A DNA stretch of 64,000 nt from Ignavibacteria bacterium UBA2333 (GTDB taxonomy: Bacteria; Bacteroidota; Ignavibacteria; Kapaibacteriales; Kapaibacteriaceae): assembly GCA_002344895.1 (NCBI GenBank), contig DDUR01000061.1:45879-109878 (forward strand), read 5' to 3'. This document shows, one piece after another, positions 50,002-56,897 of this stretch. The position numbers and the translations under genes were made by a program. The notes beneath the pieces are model-generated. The model did not search any database. It had not been told where the DNA came from and was given only the letters and a program-made list of their open reading frames with translations. How positions within the stretch are numbered: the first letter of the stretch is position 1; every line of letters starts with the position of its first letter.

Positions 50002-51687
50002 TTAGTTTGTTCGGGAATTGTTCGAGAGTCCGGAAATTTCGGCATCAATTGCAATAAGCTCGGCGATGAGGCTTTTGCCCGCCTCGAGTCCTAGACCGCG
50101 CCGTATTGTACTACGATAGAGCTCGACCGTTCTATCTGAAACGTCAAGAACACGAGCAATATCCTTTGTCCCCAGACCAGCCCTGAGCAAGAGGGCTGCC
50201 AACGTTTCGCGCTCCGAGAGCTGTGGAGCCCTTCGTGCCAAGGTTTGCCGAAATCCAGGATGCGCTCGTTCAAATTCACGGGCAAAACGACTCCAGTCGG
50301 TAGGCGCATCGTCTGGAACGACAGATTTGAGGCGCACCAGGATACGATCTGCGAGGTCAATCGACGATCCTTGGCGTCGTGCCTCCGTGAGCAGATTTTC
50401 AACGTCTGCCAGAGCCGAGCGAATGGATTGAACCGTCGACATTGAGGACGACAGTTCGGCCATTCGTGAGCGCCGATCCATCTCAACCTTTCGAACTTCT
50501 GCGATGGCATCGAGCGTCTCTACATACACGGATGATTCCGGAGAAAGTCCGCGTTCAGCTACTTCTGAGCGCCGCACGAGTGCTTCATACGCTCCTACGT
50601 CATCTCCGGTAGCTACGTAACACTTGCCGAGGAGCTCATAGACCTCAAGGACGGGTCGCAAGTCGCCATAGATGTCAACAGACTCTGCCGCCGCCTTAGC
50701 CCACCGCAGTGCCTCGTCGTATCGGCCTTGTCCATACAAAATATCGGCGAGCACTGACTTGGGCACATAGGAAAGTGGATGTGATTGATGACCCTCAAAG
50801 TAGTCAACAATGACCATCAACTCTTCTATGATACGCCTCACAGGAGCTCCGGACCGAAGCTCGGCCTTTAACTCAGATACCCGAAGATTTTGTTTCCAGG
50901 CGTCAGCATTTGATGGAAGCAGGTCGGCAACAATTCTAGCTTCCCGTAATTCTTCTCGGAGTTTCGTCGAATCATTAGCAAGGTCTCGGTTCGCCACACG
51001 TGCCTGACGTATCGTCCACTCAACATGAGGATCATGGAGATGTCGTGCAATCGACAATGCCGATTCCAGCGCAGACCAAGCAGCCTCTATCTCGCCGAGT
51101 GATTCAAGGATAACGGCGCGTTGCCATTCCAGGCGAGCGGGAATACTGTAATCGTAAGAGGACTTGAGATACGGCCGTGCGTCTTCGATGCTGCGGAGAG
51201 CATCAAAATACCGGCCGCGTCGGGCAAGACACTCTGCCTTTTCCAGATGGAGCACAGCACCACATTCATCAAGGCCATCCTGTCCCTGCAGTGCTAACAT
51301 CGTTTCGATGTCGTGAAGTAACTCGTCGTATTCAAAACGATGTTTGCGGACGAGTGCGCTAATGATGACCCAGCGTCGTAACCGGTGAACGTCTCCGACA
51401 CGTTCCAGAAGGACACGAGAAGAGGTTAAGCACGTAAACGCCTCATCATAATGTCCATGAAGCGCGTAATACGAGGCCAGCCTACTGAATGCTAGCCCAC
51501 GTGAATGGTCGTCGCCTTCGCCATCAGCAAGGGTGCGACGTATTTCCTCTACGGCGGAACCGTCCGGCTCAATCATTGCGGCAAGCAATTCTTCGAAGGA
51601 CTTTTCCGACCTCCTCTGACTTCCCATACCATAACTATACGAGATTCTTGCGTACGTACCGAATTCGAGGTGTACGAGCCTGCCCAA
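50002..51687 (-). CDS. TPR-repeat transcriptional regulator with C-terminal LuxR-type HTH (paralogue 2)
   Basis: Same architecture and collinear conserved islands as paralogue 1 (GRYFDALRSIEDARPY, IEELMVIVDYF, GRYDEALRWAKAAA, ...SERETLAALLLRAGLGTKDIARVLDVSDRTVELYRSTIRRGLG). An alternative start is the ATG at 51627. Confidence 0.75.
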   Translation of the reverse strand: MGRLVHLEFGTYARISYSYGMGSQRRSEKSFEELLAAMIEPDGSAVEEIRRTLADGEGDDHSRGLAFSRLASYYALHGHYDEAFTCLTSSRVLLERVGDVHRLRRWVIISALVRKHRFEYDELLHDIETMLALQGQDGLDECGAVLHLEKAECLARRGRYFDALRSIEDARPYLKSSYDYSIPARLEWQRAVILESLGEIEAAWSALESALSIARHLHDPHVEWTIRQARVANRDLANDSTKLREELREARIVADLLPSNADAWKQNLRVSELKAELRSGAPVRRIIEELMVIVDYFEGHQSHPLSYVPKSVLADILYGQGRYDEALRWAKAAAESVDIYGDLRPVLEVYELLGKCYVATGDDVGAYEALVRRSEVAERGLSPESSVYVETLDAIAEVRKVEMDRRSRMAELSSSMSTVQSIRSALADVENLLTEARRQGSSIDLADRILVRLKSVVPDDAPTDWSRFAREFERAHPGFRQTLARRAPQLSERETLAALLLRAGLGTKDIARVLDVSDRTVELYRSTIRRGLGLEAGKSLIAELIAIDAEISGLSNNSRTN

Positions 51688-51712
51688 TTTTTTTTCGTCT
51701 TACACTATACAG

Positions 51713-51786
51713 CGCGCCCAGCAGGACTCGAACCTGCGACCCACAGCTTAGAAGGCTGTTGCTCTATCCAGCTGAGCTATGGGCGC
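51713..51786 (-). tRNA. tRNA-Arg (anticodon UCU)
   Basis: A 74-nt cloverleaf folded by hand: GCGCCCA/UGGGCGC acceptor, GCUC/GAGC D stem, ACAGC-CUUCUAA-GCUGU anticodon arm, 5-nt variable loop, GCAGG-UUCGAGU-CCUGC T arm, discriminator G. CCA is not encoded. Confidence 0.95.
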
Positions 51787-51794
51787 GTGGACGG

Positions 51795-51802
51795 CAAAAA
51801 TA
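51795..51802 (-). promoter_or_regulatory. -7 box TATTTTTG (TAnnTTTG) upstream of tRNA-Arg
   Basis: Exact motif on the minus strand, ending 8 nt before tRNA position 1. Confidence 0.55.
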
Positions 51803-51804
51803 CG

Positions 51805-52056
51805 TTACTGCGGGTGGACTTCGAAGGGATTCATCATCTCGTCGATAACTATTCGTATCGATCCGTGCGGCGTATTGAGCATGAGCGGATCGGACACAAA
51901 ATCAGACCCATGTAAAACAGACTCCTCACGAAGCAGGTCCGCCAACCACGTATATAACGTCGGCGAAACCACGATTTCGTGGGGTGCATGTCCGTGGTCG
52001 CGTACGTAGGCATCTACGGAGGCGAACACTTCTTCGAATGCGTCAAACCAGTCCAT
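51805..52056 (-). CDS. Hypothetical small acidic protein (83 aa)
   Basis: The only ORF filling this gap, with protein-like composition (MDWFDAFEEVF...). No recognisable motif. It is divergent from rpsA and directly upstream of the tRNA. Confidence 0.4.
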   Translation of the reverse strand: MDWFDAFEEVFASVDAYVRDHGHAPHEIVVSPTLYTWLADLLREESVLHGSDFVSDPLMLNTPHGSIRIVIDEMMNPFEVHPQ

Positions 52057-52106
52057 ACTTCATCAACACCAAAAAGTCTTCAGAAGTTACAGCAAGCGGC
52101 GTGCCA

Positions 52107-52124
52107 GCCCCTTTTGCCCCCTTC
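52107..52124 (+). repeat. Bipartite C-tract motif copy (GCCCCTTTTGCCCCCTTC)
   Basis: Intergenic, in the rpsA upstream/leader region, sense orientation. A degenerate second copy CTTTGCCTCCCTTTTTCGGGCCCC follows at about 52161-52184. Confidence 0.6.
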
Positions 52125-52258
52125 ATGTGGATATTTGACTCAAGTCCTTGAATTCCCTATCTTTGCCTCCCTTTTTCGGGCCCCACGATTTCTCAACAAA
52201 ACCATTGAGGTTTCGCACGTGTGGAGGGCCGCACACGATCGGAACCATCGGAGTACTC

Positions 52259-54088
52259 ATGTCGGAACAAACCACGGTCGCAGAAGACGCGACGATGAAT
52301 GCCGTCGCGGCAAGCGCTACGCAGGCACCTACGCCGAAGCGTACGGCTCTTGCGGCCATTTTAGCAGGCGAGCTCGACAACGTCGCCATGGACGATGCCT
52401 CGTACGAGGCGATGTTTGAAAACAAGGGCACGTCAAAAGTAAAGGCCGACGAGATGGTTCACGGCAAGGTCGTGTCCGTCACGAAGGACGAAATCCTCGT
52501 AGATATCGGATTCAAGTCTCTCGGCGTTGTTCCGCGTGCAGAATTCGTAGGCGCAGAACTACTTACAGCAGGTGATGATGTTGATGTCTTCATCGAGAAG
52601 ATCGAAGATGCCGATGGCCGCCTGATGCTGAGCCGTCGTCGTGCCGACTTCATGAAGACATGGGAAGACATCCTCAAGCTTCACGAAACACAACAAGTAG
52701 TACCAGTACGTATCCTCCGCCGTATCAAGGGTGGTATGGTCGTGGACCTTCTGGGAATCGAAGCGTTTCTCCCGGGTTCACAGATTGACGTTCGCCCTGT
52801 TCGTGATTTTGATGCATGGGTTGGCCGCGCAATCGACGTACGTGTTGTGAAGGTTAATCATCCGTCAGAAAACGTTGTTGTATCTCACAAGGTTCTGCTT
52901 GAGGAACAACTCGCAGAACAGCGTTCGAAGATCCTCAGTCTCCTTGAGAAGGGTCTTGTCCTCGAAGGTACCGTGAAGGCCATCAGCGACTTCGGTGTCT
53001 TTGTTGACCTTGGTGGAGTTGACGGTCTTGTTCACATCACAGACCTCTCGTGGGGCCGCGTAACACATCCAAGTGAAATCGTTCAGCTTGATCAGCAGGT
53101 GAAGGTCGTTGTTCTTGACTTCGACGAAAACCGCAAGCGCATTTCGCTTGGTATGAAGCAGCTCACGTCACATCCGTGGGACCAGATTGGCGAGAAGTAC
53201 GAGCCAGGTTCCAAGGTTCGTGGTAAGGTTGTATCGCTGACGGACTACGGTGCCTTTATCGAAATCGAGAAGGGTGTCGAAGGCCTCATCCACATCAGCG
53301 AAATGTCGTGGACACAGCACGTGAAACATCCTTCACAGGTAGTTTCCCTCGGCCAAATGGTTGATGCTATTGTGCTGAACATCGACAAGGGTGACCGCAA
53401 GCTTGCTCTTGGTATGAAGCAGCTTGAGCCTGATCCGTGGAACGACCTTATGGCCAAGTATCCTATGGGATCGGTTCATAAGGGTATCGTTCGTAACCTG
53501 ACAAACTTTGGTGTCTTTGTTGAACTTGAGCCAGGTGTTGACGGTCTTGTTCACATCAGCGATCTGTCGTGGACAAAGAAGATTCGTCACCCAGGTGAGT
53601 TTGTCAAGAAGGGCGACGAGCTCGACGTTACTGTACTTGCCATCGACAACGAGCACCGCCGTATTTCTCTGGGCCACAAGCAGATCTCCGAGAATCCTTG
53701 GGATATCTTCGAGAAGGAATTTGGTGTGGGAACGGAGACGGAAGGTAAGATCGTCCGCATCATCGACAAGGGCATCATCGTTGAAATGCCGCAGGGTGTT
53801 GATGGATTTGTACCGGTTTCACAGCTGAGCTTCGCTCCAGTTCGTTCGATTCCTGACTACTTCAAGGCTGACGACGTTCTGCCGCTGAAGGTCGTCGAAT
53901 TCGACAAGGAGCAGAAGAAGATCGTCCTTTCAGCCGTTGAGTTTCTCCGCGGTAAGTCGGCCGATGTTGTGGCCACGTATAACGTGAACCACCCAGTACC
54001 GAATGCCGACAAGTTCAACTCGGACGGTTCGGCTCCGGCACATACAACGTTGGAAGATCTTGAAACGAGTGAAGAGATTGGCGAGTAA
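52259..54088 (+). CDS. rpsA: 30S ribosomal protein S1
   Basis: Six consecutive S1 OB-fold repeats (G.V..V...G.FV.L.....G.VHIS....). Start set to the ATG at 52259 (MSEQTT...), preceded by GGAG. The upstream tracked codons are leader. Confidence 0.95.
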   Translation: MSEQTTVAEDATMNAVAASATQAPTPKRTALAAILAGELDNVAMDDASYEAMFENKGTSKVKADEMVHGKVVSVTKDEILVDIGFKSLGVVPRAEFVGAELLTAGDDVDVFIEKIEDADGRLMLSRRRADFMKTWEDILKLHETQQVVPVRILRRIKGGMVVDLLGIEAFLPGSQIDVRPVRDFDAWVGRAIDVRVVKVNHPSENVVVSHKVLLEEQLAEQRSKILSLLEKGLVLEGTVKAISDFGVFVDLGGVDGLVHITDLSWGRVTHPSEIVQLDQQVKVVVLDFDENRKRISLGMKQLTSHPWDQIGEKYEPGSKVRGKVVSLTDYGAFIEIEKGVEGLIHISEMSWTQHVKHPSQVVSLGQMVDAIVLNIDKGDRKLALGMKQLEPDPWNDLMAKYPMGSVHKGIVRNLTNFGVFVELEPGVDGLVHISDLSWTKKIRHPGEFVKKGDELDVTVLAIDNEHRRISLGHKQISENPWDIFEKEFGVGTETEGKIVRIIDKGIIVEMPQGVDGFVPVSQLSFAPVRSIPDYFKADDVLPLKVVEFDKEQKKIVLSAVEFLRGKSADVVATYNVNHPVPNADKFNSDGSAPAHTTLEDLETSEEIGE

Positions 54089-54116
54089 TCTGCTTCACAC
54101 AGCATAGGCACGTACA

Positions 54117-54142
54117 GAAGGCCCGCCATTTGGCGGGCCTTC
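54117..54142 (+). terminator. Rho-independent-type terminator hairpin after rpsA
   Basis: GAAGGCCCGCC-ATTT-GGCGGGCCTTC. It has a perfect 11-bp GC-rich stem, followed by GTCGTTTAT, which is a weak T-tract. Confidence 0.6.
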
Positions 54143-54173
54143 GTCGTTTATACTACTTCGTAGTTTCGCGCCC

Positions 54174-55448
54174 ATGGACATTCAAGCCTTACTCGACGAG
54201 CTGTATGCAATGACTTTTTTCGGGGTCAAGCCCGGCCTCGAACGTATTACAGCACTCTGCGAGGCTGCAGACAATCCTCAGTATCACCTACCGGTTATTC
54301 ACGTTGCCGGAACAAATGGCAAGGGCAGTGTCTGTGCTATGCTCACGGCTATCTTCCGTGCAGCCGGATATCGCACGGGTGTGTATACGTCGCCACATAT
54401 CCGTCACTTTAACGAACGAATTCGTATTGACGGTGTCCCCATTTCAGATGAAGACATTGCTCGACTGGCACGCCCGCTGATGGATGTAGCCAAACCGATT
54501 GGTGGTACATTTTTCGAAGTGACAACGGCAATGGCCTTCCGATTGTTTGCGGAACGTCATGTTGACGTCGCCATTATCGAGACTGGTCTCGGCGGCCGAC
54601 TTGACGCAACAAATATTGTCCATCCTCTACTATCAATTATCACAAGTATCGATTACGACCACATGGAGTACCTCGGAAACTCCTTGGAAGATATTGCACG
54701 CGAAAAGGCAGGTATCATCAAACCGGATGTCGCTGTGGTGATTGGCGAACGCCGTCCGGAACTTCGTTATGTTTTCGCAGAAGTTGCCACTCGTTTACAT
54801 GCACCACTTGACATTGCCCATGACCGTTTACACGTGGACGTTGATGCATGGCATCCCGACTTTACGATGACGGTAAGTGTTATTGACGAAACGTTCCGCG
54901 ATTACTACACAACCGACCTCTGCGGACAGCATCAGGCAGAAAACATCGCTACCGTGATGGCCGCAGTGGGCCAACTGTCGTCTACCTTCTTCCTGGAACA
55001 TCGTCATGTTCGCGAAGGACTACGCAATGTTAAGGGGCTCGGATGCCTCAGGGGGCGAATGGAACCCTTACAAACGTCGCCCCTTTTGCTCCTTGACGTT
55101 GGACACAATCCGGCTGGCTGCAGAGCACTTGTTGACACGCTCCGTCGGTGCGGATATGAATCCGTAAACGTTGTGCTCGGTGCTATGGCCGACAAGGATG
55201 TAGACGGGATGGTCCGTGCGCTTGCTCCTGTAACATCTGCATTTCATATCAGTGCCCCCGCCTTCCCGCGGGCTATGGCCACGTCCGAACTCGCAACAGT
55301 AGTCCGCCAGCATCACATGAACGTGATTGAGCATCCTTCTCTCGCTGCCGCCCTGGACGCGTCACGTCACACGGATACGGTTTGTTGCGGGAGCTTCCAT
55401 GTAGCTGATGAGATCCTTGCGGCGATGGAAAAAGAATCATCACGTTAG
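54174..55448 (+). CDS. folC: Bifunctional folylpolyglutamate synthase/dihydrofolate synthase
   Basis: P-loop HVAGTNGKGS, Mur-ligase middle domain, and LLLDVGHNP. Confidence 0.9.
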   Translation: MDIQALLDELYAMTFFGVKPGLERITALCEAADNPQYHLPVIHVAGTNGKGSVCAMLTAIFRAAGYRTGVYTSPHIRHFNERIRIDGVPISDEDIARLARPLMDVAKPIGGTFFEVTTAMAFRLFAERHVDVAIIETGLGGRLDATNIVHPLLSIITSIDYDHMEYLGNSLEDIAREKAGIIKPDVAVVIGERRPELRYVFAEVATRLHAPLDIAHDRLHVDVDAWHPDFTMTVSVIDETFRDYYTTDLCGQHQAENIATVMAAVGQLSSTFFLEHRHVREGLRNVKGLGCLRGRMEPLQTSPLLLLDVGHNPAGCRALVDTLRRCGYESVNVVLGAMADKDVDGMVRALAPVTSAFHISAPAFPRAMATSELATVVRQHHMNVIEHPSLAAALDASRHTDTVCCGSFHVADEILAAMEKESSR

Positions 55449-55461
55449 TCTGAGACTCAGC

Positions 55462-56724
55462 CTACCCACCGTATCCTACAGCAATGGCGAACAACGTTGT
55501 GACAATGATCTGAAGATAGATCGTCGCAACATTGGCCTTTACCAGCGTACGTTCGAGAATGTGCCTGCGCATATAGGAGATGATCCAGGAACCGTATACC
55601 AAGCCAACTCCTACGGAAGCCCATAACCAGAGGTTGTTGTACGTCATAGCATACGATGCCGTGAGCCCAAGTGCTGCTGCCCAGAAGAGGCTGTAAAAAA
55701 CAATGGCAGACTTTTTACCAAAGGTCACAACGAGGTGATTCTTGCCCGTTACGGCATCCCCTTCAGCATCTGGCACCTGATTAATCACAAGAATGTTTGT
55801 TGTGAGTAATCCGGCTGGAATTCCAATCATAAACGCTTCCCACGAATACGTCCCTGTCAGAACGTAGGTGATGCCCATAGTGATCAACGGACCGAATGCG
55901 AGGCCAATGATGAGCTCTCCCATGCCGTGTCGTGCAACAAGGCGTAATGGAGGCGCAGTATAGAAGTATCCACAGAACAGGCCTGCAAAACCTAGCACCA
56001 GAACACCAGAGCCTACCTGCCACGTTAGGTACAGTCCAATAGCGAATGCTGTTAGTAGCAACCCGATGGCTGTACGTAATGTGCCCTTCAGATCGATAAG
56101 TCGCATTTCAATTGCGCGACTTCCTCCACTGTATTGAACAAAGTAAGCGGTGTTCGCCTGGTCCGTGCCGCTCTTCACATCGAAGTAATCGTTAAAGACG
56201 TTACTCGACAGGTGAAGAAGTGCTACTCCGAGAATTGCCAGCGTTGCGAGTAACCAGTTAATCTCTACACCAAGTACTCCACCAACAAAGGCCGCTCCGA
56301 TAAATGCCGGAGTTAGAGCCGCCGTTAGAAACGGTGCCCGCGTTATCACCAACCACTTAAGGATGTTTGTGGTTGTTCGAATTGGGACGTTTACAACGTT
56401 GTCGAGCTCTTCGGTAACACCGCAGTATCCAATCTGTACACCGTTCCGCATCGTTGGCGTGATCCGGATTTTCGCGCCGAACTTCTCGCCATTCTTGCGG
56501 ATAAAAACGGTTTCCGTGACATACTCCCCATCCTTGACGGCAGAGGTAAGCCAGATGTTCAGATTCTGGAGAACAATTTCTCCGGGAGAAAAGACGCTCA
56601 CGCGAAGCTTGCCGACGGTTTCTTCCTTTGAGTAACCGAACATTCGCTGGGCACCATCGCTAAACGTCTCGATGATACCTTCCATATCACACGTTATCAC
56701 CGATTTGTCAAGAGCCGTTGCCAT
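55462..56724 (-). CDS. PAS-domain fused to a UbiA-superfamily (MenA-like) polyprenyltransferase
   Basis: Residues ~1-105 are a PAS fold (VITCDMEGIIETFSDGAQRMFGYSKEETVGK...IRKNGEKFGAKIRITP). Residues ~120-420 are an 8-9 TM prenyltransferase with the Asp-rich motifs NDYFD and DAEGD and a MenA-like N-terminus (RAPFLTAALTPAFIG). Confidence 0.75.
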   Translation of the reverse strand: MATALDKSVITCDMEGIIETFSDGAQRMFGYSKEETVGKLRVSVFSPGEIVLQNLNIWLTSAVKDGEYVTETVFIRKNGEKFGAKIRITPTMRNGVQIGYCGVTEELDNVVNVPIRTTTNILKWLVITRAPFLTAALTPAFIGAAFVGGVLGVEINWLLATLAILGVALLHLSSNVFNDYFDVKSGTDQANTAYFVQYSGGSRAIEMRLIDLKGTLRTAIGLLLTAFAIGLYLTWQVGSGVLVLGFAGLFCGYFYTAPPLRLVARHGMGELIIGLAFGPLITMGITYVLTGTYSWEAFMIGIPAGLLTTNILVINQVPDAEGDAVTGKNHLVVTFGKKSAIVFYSLFWAAALGLTASYAMTYNNLWLWASVGVGLVYGSWIISYMRRHILERTLVKANVATIYLQIIVTTLFAIAVGYGG

Positions 56725-56762
56725 CGTTGTCTCCGTTCACAAAATGAAGGAATCTGAAGACT

Positions 56763-56770
56763 CAAAATTA
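56763..56770 (-). promoter_or_regulatory. -7 box TAATTTTG (TAnnTTTG) upstream of the PAS-MenA gene
   Basis: Exact motif on the minus strand, about 38 nt before the ATG at 56724. Confidence 0.35.
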
Positions 56771-56814
56771 CACCGACCGATGAGTCGGTCAAAATGAATT
56801 CCACCTCGAAACGG

Positions 56815-56822
56815 TACCTTTG
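56815..56822 (+). promoter_or_regulatory. -7 box TACCTTTG (TAnnTTTG) upstream of purH
   Basis: Exact motif about 75 nt before the purH ATG at 56898. An inverted repeat GACCGA-TGAG-TCGGTC (56775-56790) lies between this promoter and the divergent one. Confidence 0.35.
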
Positions 56823-56897
56823 TACGCCATTCGAGTCGTTCAGTCACCAGACAACGACGATGCGCCCGACTCTCACCTCTTTCTACGTCCCCTTCTC

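Noticed and set aside
51688-51804. tRNA-Arg as the attachment site of a genomic island containing the LuxR paralogues
   Set aside because: There is no integrase or excisionase, I spotted no direct repeat of the tRNA 3' end, and the flanking genes are ordinary chromosomal genes.
56820-56897. ZTP (pfl) riboswitch upstream of purH
   Set aside because: Neither the GGGUCGUGACUGGCG-like 5' segment nor the CCGCCUGGGC 3' segment is present in the leader.
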